A stretch of DNA of 63,938 bases, counting the filler, from Octopus bimaculoides (taxonomy: Eukaryota), in the NCBI RefSeq assembly GCF_001194135.2. It is 7 parts of 7 records of this genome, joined end to end, with 100 filler letters (N's around TTAATTAATTAA, not from the genome) between each part and the next. Parts side by side here need not be neighbours in the genome. Positions count along the whole stretch, not along the records: positions 30,051 to 39,255 come from NC_069008.1; positions 39,356 to 50,026 come from NC_068986.1; 5 more parts are not named here. One strand, given 5' to 3'. Under the pieces are notes generated by a model. It was not told where the DNA came from. It saw only the letters and a list, made by a program, of their open reading frames with translations, and searched no databases. The translations under genes were made by a program, and so were the position numbers. Of the stretch, positions 37,311 to 48,747 are shown in pieces. Numbering within the stretch: the first letter of the stretch is position 1; the number at the start of each line of letters is the position of its first letter.

Positions 37311-38481
37311 ATGGCGAAACGAAACCAGTACCACATGATGAAACGAAATCAATGCCACATGATGAAACAAATCCACCACCAGTTCCACCAGCATTGACAG
37401 CAGTTCAACTAAAGTGATATAGAAATAGGGATACACGGCGTATATGTTTCCTTTCTGTGAAGAGCGTAGGCTTGAAACATTAAAGATTTTTTTCACTTCC
37501 CGAGCGTTAAACTAATACATCTGTTTGTTGTCTACACCACCTGTCTTCGTCTTTCGTTTTTTGTGAATTCTCCCCCCATATATATATATATATATATATA
37601 TANNNNNNNNNNNNNNNNNNNNNNNNNNNNNNNNNNNNNNNNNNNNNNNNNNNNNNNNNNNNNNNNNNNNNNNNNNNNNNNNNNNNNNNNNNNNNNNNNG
37701 TGTGTGTGTGTACACAAAACTAGGGAGCTACCACAAAATTTCACAAAATTGGAATCCGCCGAAATGCGTCAAAAGATTTTGGTCAACTCGGAGATAATAG
37801 TTTAAGACATCTTGCTCAACATTCTGTGCAGCGGTACTGAAGCCGATTCTAAGCCACACAGTTGCCAAGCAAGAGTCTTCACCACACAGCTAAGCCTGAT
37901 CGTCTCTTCACATTTTTCATTAATAGCTAATATCTGTTCTCACTGTCAGAGTAACATCAAAATGATTCTTGCAGATTTTTTTTTTGTAAGAGGGCGGAGG
38001 TGTGGATGTGAGAAGGGTTGTGCGTATTTATTAGAGGAATAGGGAAAGGTACGAAATATGAAGAAGGCGTGGACATTTATTCTTTCTAGTTTCACTTTCA
38101 CTTTGGAAATATACGAGACTTTCTTTGTACTTGATTTTTTAATGCTTTTCTATCTCTTCTTTTCTTTCTTTCTTTCTTTCTTTCTTTCTATATATTCCCT
38201 TTATCGCTCCCCCTCTTTCTCTGTCTTTCTCTTCCCCTATCGAACTATCTAGGTATCGAACTCTCTCTCTCATCATCTATCATGTATTTCTCCCATGCTC
38301 AGCATATTTCTTTCTCCGTCTTGCTATATATATGTGTATGTGTTTGTGTGTGTATGTATGTTATACGTATGTATATACGTTTGTGTGTGTGTGTATATGT
38401 GCGTGTATATATATTTTTGCATGTGCATATGTATGTTTCTACACGTTTATATATACATATATAACTATACATGCATATATG

Positions 38482-38572
<91 letters not shown>

Positions 38573-38716
38573 TTATATATACATATATGCATTAATGTAT
38601 ATATATATATATATACATACATACACACACATTCATACATACATATATACAAATGGATAGATAGATAGATAGACAAGTAGAGACATACATATGCAGATAT
38701 TTATGCATAATATATG

Positions 38717-38751
<35 letters not shown>

Positions 38752-39182
38752 ATAAGTATATATATACATATATATNNNNNNNNNNATATATGTATGTATG
38801 CATGTGCATATATATATATATATATGTATATATATACAGATACATATGTGTTGAAAACAGATAAAGCTGCACACACACACACACATATCTCTCCCTTTCT
38901 CTCTCTCTCTCTCTATTACACCCTCTCTTTCACTTACTTCCTCCTCCCGCGTTCTATCCATCACCCCCGACCCCACTCACTGCTTCATTTCGCTCGTAAT
39001 CATGCATGTTTTATGATTGTAGATTCTCGCATTCACCTTCAAACTCTCGCAACATTCATCCATCCGTCCATATATCTATCTATCTATCTCTCTATCTATC
39101 TATCTATCTATTTATCTCTTTCTATCTCTCTCTCCCTCTCTTTCTCTCTCTCTCCCTCTCTCACGCTCTCTCTCTCTCTCTC

Positions 39183-39255
<73 letters not shown>

Positions 39256-39355
39256 NNNNNNNNNNNNNNNNNNNNNNNNNNNNNNNNNNNNNNNNNNNNT
39301 TAATTAATTAANNNNNNNNNNNNNNNNNNNNNNNNNNNNNNNNNNNNNNNNNNNN

Positions 39356-39679
39356 GCTGAGAAATCAACACTTAAAAGCCATAATTTTAAGGAGCGATAA
39401 GAATTTTTGAATAAAGGAAAATGGGTAGGGGTGGGTAGGTACCGTCAGCGAGTAGATAGGGCTCTTAATTGTAGATTTTAAATATTTGAGAGACAACAAT
39501 GCATAAATCGTAATTTTTAAAAGAGCAATGAAATCTAGGTGAATAGAATATATACGTAGCATGAATTTAGGAAGCTTAGAAAATGAATAAGTATGAATTT
39601 AAGACAAAAACTGAATCCAATTGAATTTCATGGAGAGAAACAAGATAAATAATAGAGGGCAGACTAAAGCGCGAAGGTA
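39356..39679 (-). repeat. Interspersed repeat end (probable non-autonomous DNA transposon); inverted copy at 49733-50026
   Basis: Direct sequence match of about 290 bp in opposite orientation. Both copies end at TA next to CCTT(T)CG and run into a spacer gap. Confidence 0.8.
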
Positions 39680-40400
39680 CTGCAAATGGATACCATTTCT
39701 TCTATAATCTCAAAGTTGCAATTTACACCACGAATGAGCACAAGACATGACATACTAGAGAGATCAGTAGACTCATCCATTACAAGAGAATACCACAAAA
39801 ATTTCTTAGCTTTCTCATGTATCTGTAACTGTATATTCTCTCCAAGTTCTTCTATTCTCCACACAACNNNNNNNNNNTTTCTTAGCTTTCTCATGTATCT
39901 GTAACTGTATATTCTCTCCAAGTTCTTCTATTCTCCACACAACTGAACTTGCTGAAAAGCTGATACAGCCAAACATGTTAGCTTTTTCAGGACACAAGTT
40001 ATTTGCTGCTTCCATCATGCACTCTTTTATAAAGTTTCCATCAGTAAATGGTTTTCCTTGCTTTGCCAACTTATTCACTATTTTGCAACTTACACGAGTG
40101 ATAGATTCATTTTCAACAAACTTTTTCATAAAGAAATTCTTGAGATTCCAAACTACGTTTCATAGATTCAAATTTCTCGGACCGCAATTTTCCAGAATAT
40201 TTAGAATGTGTTGAGAGATGTTTTGCTTCGTAGTGACGACGAATATTGTACTCTTTCATAACAGCAACACTTTCATTGCATATTAGGCAACTAGCATTCT
40301 GGTCGTTTGTTCCCCCAAAGAAGTACTTTTCTCCCCATTCTTTATTGAAAATGTGACATTCATCATCAACCTTTCTCTTCTAAGTAGCCATAACAATGGG
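39680..40400 (-). pseudogene. hAT (Charlie/SPIN, GTF2IRD2-like) transposase N-terminal fragment
   Basis: KRKVDDEC, KEYNIRRHYEAKH, LAKQGKPFTDGNFIKECMMEAANNLCPEK, ISFSASSVVWRIEELG..YSLVMDESTD. Confidence 0.85.
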
Positions 40401-40499
40401 TGAAGAAAAAACAAAAGCAGTTTGGTGACCCATACTCTTGCCCAATAGAGTGTTCACAGTCTGGTTGAAGTGATGTCAGCAGTAGCAGCTTGTTGACAC

Positions 40500-42205
40500 T
40501 GTGTCTGTGTGTTTGTTCAATAGTAATTGATGTACAGAGACAGATGGACAAAACTCAACTTGTTCAATAGCAAAGTTTATTCACAGCACTGGGTTACGTA
40601 CAATGTTAATGCCTTGTATAAGATTTCTGTAAAGAAGTAAGTTGTGTTTTATAGAGATGTTTGTAGTATGGTAGCTGTGAACGAATGAATGTGTGAGGAC
40701 ATTAGATGTACTTTGTGTATATAGAAAGAAACTTGATAGAAGTGCTTCTGGAAAACATTGAGTTTGGTTGATACTGCTAGCCCATGTAGACAAAGAGTTG
40801 TGTTTGTGTGAGAAATGCCAGCGCAAACACGATAAAACCAAACTACCAGCCGCGAGTCCTTAGAGAAACGAAATAAAGGAACTCAATTAAACATGAATGT
40901 AGCCACATTTATATAAGTGACAATTGGACGTAGTAGAAAGAGCCTGTAAGAGGGAGCCTGTTTATTCAGCCAATCACAGACCGAATACAGTTGTAAACTT
41001 ATAGTGGCGTTTGAGCCTACTTGAGATTAAAAATGTATGTGTTAACTAATGCTAGTACAGACATGCTAAAGAGCCACTCCCAGAGGTGAAATGAAAATAC
41101 AAATGAAAGAAATGTGGCATGGAAGGAAGGATAAAGAAATAGGCACAAGAGCACTGTGCTTCGAGTGAGTAATGCATGAAAGTGCGAAAGAACTTTCATC
41201 ATGCTGTCTGACCTCCAATAGGTCTTGCAAAAGTCTAAAGTGCAAAGAGAGATGAAGAAAGTCATGTAGCCAGTAAAACTTGATGTGCAAGCATGATGAC
41301 ACACATCCAGCAAATTGGAAATCACAGGATGCAAAAATTAAAGTACACGAGAGAAGGATGTTGGCTGTTGTGACAATAGCAGATCCAAGATTAACTGCAA
41401 GCAGAGGGGCAAAGAGATATACCGTTGACTGCCATGGAAAGTAACAGTGCCAAGGTTTTGCCTTCGAAAAACTTTGCAGAGACAAGAAGTCTAGAAAGCA
41501 ACAGTGACTAATAGAAGCCAGGCAATAATCTCACAGAAGTAGCAATGCAAGATATTAATGAAGTGAGTCAAGCCATGAAGATGGCAGCAAAAGAAAGAAG
41601 TTCCAACATGCAAGAAATTTGGTGTTGACCAAGCATCAAAGGTAGAAAATGCATGAAAGAATACATGTGTCTGTGTGTTCGTTCAATAGTAATTGGTATA
41701 CAGAGACAAAACTCAACTTGTTCAATAGCAAAGTTTATTCACAACAGTGGGTTACGTACAATGTTAAGATTTCTGTAAAGAAGTTGTTTTATAGAGATGT
41801 CTGTAGCGAGGTAGCGGTGAATGAATGAATGCATGAGGACGTTACAGAAAGAGACTTGATAGAGGTGTTTCTAGAAAACATGGGAGATGACGGCATTGAG
41901 TTTGGTTGATACTGCTAGCGAATGTAGACGAAGAGTTGTGTTTGTGTGAGAGACGCCAGCACAAATGCGATAGAACCAAACTACCATCTGCGAATCCGAA
42001 GAGAAACAAAGTAAAGGAACTCAATTAGATATGGCCACAACCACATTATATAAGTGACAATTGGATGTAGTAAAGAGAGCCTGTCAGAGGGAGTCTGTTT
42101 ATTCAGCCAATCACAGACTAAATATAGCTGTAAACTTAGTGGTGTTTGAGCCTACTTGAGATTAAAAATGTATGTGTTAACTAATGCTAGTACAGACATG
42201 CTACA
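40500..42205 (-). mobile_element. Non-autonomous two-LTR retroelement (LTRs 40500-41069 and 41666-42205, internal region about 600 bp)
   Basis: Two long direct repeats. The right copy reads TGTAGC..CACA on the minus strand, with ATTGG, TATAA and AATAAA in U3-R-U5 order. No pol motifs internally. Orientation is inferred. Confidence 0.7.
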
Positions 42206-42249
42206 AACAACAGCAACAACTGTAATAATAATGATGATGATGATAATGG

Positions 42250-42505
42250 ACTCTCCTGTTCAGCTTTTGCCAAATAGCCTGCACAAATTATATGTTTATA
42301 GTGATTAAATGTATGTGCTAGACATGAGCTCACTCCCTCTATCAAATCGACATTGCCTGACCAGGTGCATGGCGTATTATGCATCAGGTGTCAAAATAAT
42401 CAGAGCAACATGTGATGAAGTATTTTGCTCAAGAACACAATGCATATCTGGTCTAGGAATTGAAACCACAAGTGCAACATCCTAACCATTAAGTCATGTG
42501 CCCTC
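42250..42505 (-). mobile_element. Degenerate tRNA-derived SINE
   Basis: TTGCTCAAGAACACAATGC..GGAATTGAAACCAC..CCTAACCATTAAGTCATG resembles the reverse of the 60880 head. Confidence 0.65.
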
Positions 42506-45340
42506 ATGGATGATAATAATAGTGATGGAAACAGTATTTATAAAAGTAGAAATAGTACTTCCAATACAAGCAACCCTAACATTGGTACCAGCATAATGCA
42601 TTTTGAAATTGATAACACCACAAATTGACTAAATATGAAGATGAAAGTGAGAATGTGGACAGCCAAAGTAACCTCACTGAGAACATTCTTTCTACTGCTA
42701 ATACTTCTACCATAGTACATACTACTACTACTACTACAATAATAATAATAATAATAATAATAACAGTGAAATATATAACACTAACAGTGTTCTAGAAACT
42801 CTAGAATGTAGCATATATGAGGGGGACAAATCTGACAGATCACCTTTTACCCCAAATAGACATAATACAAGTGATACTAAAAGAAAAGGACACAACTGTA
42901 AATCTCATGATAAAAGTCAATTACAGGGCAAATGCAGAAAATTTAATGTTGTTTATAAGTGTATTGTCCTTAACACTCAACAAAATTCTATCAAGATATA
43001 CATTGAAGCCATAGTTAATTATAAGCACAGGTATTTGGCTTAAGCAATGTATCATATAATATTACTTGATCTATCATAGATATTGTACACCACATCAGGA
43101 AAAAATGCCCCATGCTGGTTATGCTTAAAAGAATGTAAACAGATCCTCTTATATAATCCACTACTGCTATTGAATAAACAAAACAAAGTGTTCGCTACAT
43201 GTGTCCACATTTTTTTAAACAAATCTAAATGTAGTACTTTGAATCTCTCACATACATTGAATTCACTTTTTACGCTGATCTGACTTAAATCTAATTTAAC
43301 CTATATCACAAATTTAAATGTGTATATTGAGTCTCAACACAAATTTCACCCACATAAAGTGGATATACCACTCACTGGTAATTTAATTTAGCTTATAATA
43401 CAAATCTATATGGAGTAATTTGAATCTCTATAAAGATCTTACCCACATAAAATTACACCTACTTAGCTCTTTCCATCTAATCTCAATACTTTTCATATTG
43501 ACTCACTTTATCTTTCTTTCTAACATCTTTGCTCACTTCTCCAATTCTATATTTACCACTTTCTTAAACTCTGTAAGATACCATATTCCATAATTTTAAA
43601 TTTCACTATCCATTACTGAAATTGTATTGCAACCATTTAACTAAATACTATTCTTTGGTGACCACATAGTATTTAAAGATTATACTTTGGATCTTCTCTG
43701 CTAATAAACAAGATTTAAGATCATTATGTGTTCACTTAATTTCACCATCTGCACACATACCTAAACATATGCATTCCTTTCAATAAACTTAAAATTAAAT
43801 ATTCCTATTGTTACAATAAACAATGTTTATATTCTGGTAACTATCAAGGAACATAGACATCTCAGTTGTATCCAATAGCATCTGAACCAATCTGAGGTTA
43901 GATGATTTATAACCTTACATTAAAAGCACTTCTCAACTCCCTATACTTAAAATTACCCTTCCTATCCTACACACAGTGAGCTGACTACCATACCAAAGCA
44001 AGTATTCTTTATCATGTACCTCACCTCTGTAACCACTTACATGTATGGATTCCTTCACAACAGACCACCTAGTATCCCCTCCCCCTACCCATATTGTCAC
44101 AGGCCATTCCTCTTTATAGATCTTCACCTAAACCTTATAATTTATATATCCATCCTTTGATATGATTGTTAGCTTCTATCTATCTTCATCTTAGTATGAC
44201 CTTACTTTCTTTGCCTCATTTCTACTATAGTTCTCATTCTCTTTCCAGCAATGGAACAGATCACTGCTACATCTCATTCTCCCTCCAGTGATGGAATAGC
44301 TAACTGATATATGGAGTGCTACAGCTTATTTTGCACAATATGAACTATCTATGCATCAGTTCTTGAAACAGTTGTAAGAGACTTTCTTACTCATGTAACA
44401 TCATGTTTAAAGATATGTCATAATCTAACCTGATACCAGTTGTTTTGCCTGTTTATGTACTTTTATCCTTTTATGCTTGTACATGCTCAATTGATAAAGT
44501 ACCTATAGCTAATCTTCATTATGCAGCTATAACATCACTGCTCTTAGTTGCAGTTCAAGTTGGAGTATTAGGCTTTGAGTCAGCCTTGAGCACTAATTGT
44601 CATTAGACATGATATTACATATATATTTGTACACATGATTATGTGTGTGAGTGTGTGTGTGTGTATGTGTGTGTGTGTGCGTGTTGTGTATGCGTGTACA
44701 TTTGTGAAAGTTAGTCTGTATTTCTGAAGTCTATAGATGTTTGTTTGTTAGTTTGTAACCCACTTTAAAAACATGTCCAGGTTTCTTGACATGTCTTGAC
44801 ATGATGCACAATCTTTGTAAACAAAAAACTCATTTCAGAGTCATTGGTTTCCGATTCTCCACTTAAACATGCTGAAGTCTGTTTGTTCTTCAACAAACTG
44901 GGAGATTATTACCTTATCTGGAAACAGCATCAGGAAGGGCAGCTGGCCATAGAAAAGTATGTCCCAACATACTCTCATCTGACCCATGCACACATGGTAA
45001 AAATTTTAAAACGTTGCTGATGATAATGATGAAAAACACATTTTATGTAGTTGCTATATACATAAATGACTGATATTAAATATAGTAATATATAGGGTTA
45101 AATATAATTGAGCATAAAGATCTCATATATAGAACAGAGAGAGTAAGTACTATATATTCATCTGATGAAGATAGTATGGAAGAATATTTCAGTAAGATCA
45201 GCAAGATTCACATCAGTGAAAATCAATATCAAATTAATGATAGTATTGAAAAATATTACATTAAAATACCAAAAAAATTTAAGTAGTTAATCTTTCAAAT
45301 AAAATGTTGAAACATGCAAAAAATTTAACATAGACATTAC

Positions 45341-45437
45341 CTGTAGAATTGGTTATCAGGCACTTTACTTGCAATGTTTGCATATTGTTCCTTAATTTTG
45401 CTAAAATAACCTTTGGCTTTTTCACAAATTTCTGGGA
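45341..45437 (-). CDS. TSN: Translin internal coding exon (97 nt, phase 1 to phase 2): xPEICEKAKGYFSKIKEQYANIASKVPDNQFYR
   Basis: Strong acceptor (ttactattctgtttcag) and donor (CAG|gtaatg), with an open frame. The peptide aligns by recall to human translin IPKRCLKAREHFGTVKTHLTSLKTKFPAEQYYR, which I recall as exon 3 with similar boundaries. Confidence 0.85.
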
Positions 45438-45587
45438 CTGAAACAGAATAGTAAAACAGTGAAGCAATACTGAATTATAACATTAATTTTTTACTAGCTG
45501 GACCCATGAAAAATTCACGGAAAACATAAAAAATGTAAGCATTTGTAAACAGTGTACTGGTGCCATGAGAAATGTTTGTATATTATA

Positions 45588-45745
45588 ACCGTCTGTCTTT
45601 ACGTTCTGTGTTCAAATTCTGCCAAGGTTGACTTTGCCTTTCGTCCTTTGTGGCTCGATAAATTAAGTACCAGTTGTGTACTGGGGTCGATCTAATCAAC
45701 TGCCCCACTCCCCACAAAAATTTCAGGCCTAGAAAAAGTATATTG
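45588..45745 (+). mobile_element. SINE family A, 5'-truncated
   Basis: Homologous to the core and tail of 648-858. Confidence 0.85.
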
Positions 45746-46504
45746 TGACAGTTACAGAATATAGAAAGTAATGTAACACCAATGACTATATAATCCAACC
45801 AAAATATCTCAGTTACACAAACGCAATTACTATTTAACCTTAAAATACATCGTACATATTCAAAGAACCTTCTTGGTTTAGTGGTATGGAACGTTTTTCT
45901 GGTATTCTTTTACTTGTTTCAGTCTGTAACAGTGGCCATGCTAGAGCACCACCCGTTAGTCAAATAAATTGACCCTTGGACTTATTCCCTGTAATCTTGG
46001 TGCTTATTCTATCAGTCTCTTCTGCTGAACAGNNNNNNNNNNNNNNNNNNNNNNNNNNNNNNNNNNNNNNNNNNNNNNNNNNNNNNNNNNNNNNNNNNNN
46101 NNNNNNNNNNNNNNNNNNNNNNNNNNNNNNNNNNNNNNNNNNNNNNNNNNNNNNNNNNNNNNNNNNNNNNNNNNNNNNNNNNNNNNNNNNNNNNNNNNNN
46201 NNNNNNNNNNNNNNNNNNNNNNNNNNNNNNNNNNNNNNNNNNNNNNNNNNNNNNNNTTTACACCACCTGTCCTCGTCTGTTTTTTTTTTCGTACATTCTC
46301 CCACATACATATATATATATATATATGATGGGCTTGGCGGTGGTGGTGATGCTGGCTGGTTCGATTTTGTGGTTTGCTGGTATGCGGAGAGAGGTCCAGC
46401 GGGCCACACATACATGCACACATATACACAAACACATACCTAAGAGAGAGAGGCAGACAGACAGACAGTAAGTGTCAGATAGACCACAACAAAGTTTTCA
46501 CCTC

Positions 46505-46564
<60 letters not shown>

Positions 46565-46974
46565 TACCTGTTGCTTTGCCACTGACTGGAATTGTTTTAG
46601 TTGTCTTCAAAAGTGAAACTGACATCCAATATTTACTGTGTGTAAGTATCTACTGACTTAATACAAATAATAAATGAGTATGTACATGTATGTACATACC
46701 TACATCTACCTGTATATATAGATGCCATATCTGGGTACAGGACGTTGCAAAAAAACGTGGACAAAATGATAAACAGAGTATAGAAAACACACAGGCCACA
46801 TAGAAAACATTTCCTTCATCAGCTGCCACCATTCTAAAACTAAGCGTTTCGAAGAGTCTATCTATATCTCTCTCTCTCTCTCTCTCTCTCTTTCACTTCC
46901 TTTGTGTCCCTCTTCTCTCCCACTTTTGGTTTAACAATGTGTACACATATCTATGTATCTACTTCTCTTGCGAT

Positions 46975-47190
46975 GAAGTCACCACTCACTGTCTCTTTCT
47001 CTCTCACTTCGGCCCACTCTGAAACATTTAAAAAGACAAAGTGAATGCCATCACCAATCACTATCTCTTTCATTCTCTCTTACTTCCTCTCTGAAAAATT
47101 TAAAACAACAAAACGAACACCATCACCACTCACTGTCTCTTTCACTCTGACTCCCTCTCTCTTTTTCTCTCTTACTTCCTCTCTCCTCCA
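46975..47190 (+). repeat. Three imperfect units of about 70 bp (CACCACTCACTGTCTCTTTC..)
   Basis: Motif recurs near 46980, 47050 and 47122. Confidence 0.6.
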
Positions 47191-47399
47191 CTCTCTCGCT
47201 TTGCCACTTCTTTGAAGTGTGACACACAACACAGGTACATACAAAAACTAAAAGTTAGCGTATTAATATTATTGATTTTTTAATGAACATTGATTCAAAA
47301 CAATATTTTTAAAACAATAAATATTTGCAATAGAAGCAGTATTAATACCATATGGCAACCTTTATATCCTACTTAACATGGATGAATGCCAAAACCCAC

Positions 47400-47735
47400 A
47401 GTATTCGCCATGAGAGATTCTTTCACATGAGTGACTGGTGCTAAGAGCACAGATATACATTGACAACAGCTGAGAACTGTCTAGCATGAGTATGAGAACT
47501 GCCAGATCATGTGATTTCAGTGTAATGTGCTTCCTAAATGGCAGGCATCCACTCACGAGAACCATCTGGCATGGGTGTCAGATCACATGATATCAGCATA
47601 CTGCCCTTCCTCAGTAGCAGGCATCTGCTTGCCTCATACCAGCCAAATCTGACTGCCGACAATATATAGGATACCAGTGGCAGTGCACTGGAATCATGTA
47701 GTCTGGCAGTTCCAAAGCCCACACCAGCTGGTTCT
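47400..47735 (-). pseudogene. Possible highly decayed LINE (RTE-like APE) fragment
   Basis: Elevated GC and a weak ALELPD..WYPIY resemblance only. Confidence 0.25.
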
Positions 47736-48747
47736 CATCTGCTTCAATCCCATTAGTGAAGACATTTTCATCCTGTCGCTCAAAAAAGTTATCAACAGCA
47801 GATATGACACCATCATCACTACAATAGTGGTTCCCAATCAAGTGTTTCTTTCATGTTGGGGAACAGATGATAGTCAGATGGGGCCAAATCAAGAGAATAA
47901 GGAGACTAATCAACCAGTTCAAAGCCACAGTTATGCACAGCAACCATTGATAACAAGGACTTGTGTGCTGGAGCATTGTCCTTCTTTTGCATCCCAAAAA
48001 GCTGAGGTCATCACCTTCCCTACAGATAAAACAATCTTAGCCTTCTTTGGAGCAGGTGAAGAGGGGTGTTTCCACTGCATGGATTATTTCTTTGCTCTGA
48101 CTCAAAGTGATTAACTGAACACTTATCCTGAATGAGGAAACATTCAAGGAAACCAGCTGGATCCACCACAAACAATGTCAGATTTTCCTGTGATGTGATC
48201 AGCTTGGTGTGCTTTTGAAAAGGAGAGCAGAAACCTTTGTCATGCCAAGTTCATTATGCAGAATATTTTCAACTCTCTCATAGAATATACTAATAGCATT
48301 GGTTATTTGATTTATAGTCAATTGTCTGTTATCCATCACCATGTGGTGAAGATGATCAATGTTTTCCTTGGCAGTTGCAAGACATCCAGACCTTGGACAT
48401 CTTCAAGACTCTCCTTTTCTATCCTAAATTTAGCTGCCCACTTTTGCACTGTTGATAAAGCTGGAGTGTCAATCCCCTAATGGAGCAACCATGTCAGCAT
48501 GAATGTCCTTGAGTGCTAAACCCTTTTTCTGCAGGCACTTGATAATACCATGATGCCAAATTTTGTCCATTTTCGAGAGAAATCACTTCTAGTTACTTTT
48601 GAAGTCTTCTTTAAACAATCAGATGTCAGATTACCTACAGTTATTAATAATAAGAATCGAAATTTACTGCTTGCAAGATTTCACAGCTTTAGCGTCACTT
48701 CTTCATAATTGGCCTCTGAACTAAGAGCTCTTCAGCCCACCCTCCTA
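47735..48747 (-). mobile_element. Decayed mariner transposon (5' TIR present, internal deletion, 3' truncated)
   Basis: TA-GGAGGGTGGGCTGAAGAG end. Peptides MDKIWHHGIIK, PALSTVQKWAAKF, DNAPAHKSL..GFELVD*SPYSLDLAPSDYHLFP, NHYCSDDGVISAVDNFF. Confidence 0.88.

Noticed and set aside
39801-39945. Exact tandem duplication of about 66 bp in the hAT relic
   Set aside because: The identical copies flank a 10-N gap; this is an unmerged contig overlap.
43300-44330. Possible ancient LINE remnant on the minus strand
   Set aside because: No convincing APE or RT motif could be read.
45096-45290. Plus-strand open frame (SSDEDSMEEYF) and a GTAAGT donor at 45143
   Set aside because: Weak acceptor, no homology, and consistent with chance in AT-rich intronic DNA.
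46568-46635. Minus-strand exon candidate with a strong CAG|gtaaga donor as translin exon 2
   Set aside because: The end phase fits, but the peptide (SLLKTTKTIPVSGKAT) lacks the EQTARE-like motif, and neither available acceptor gives a phase-0 start.
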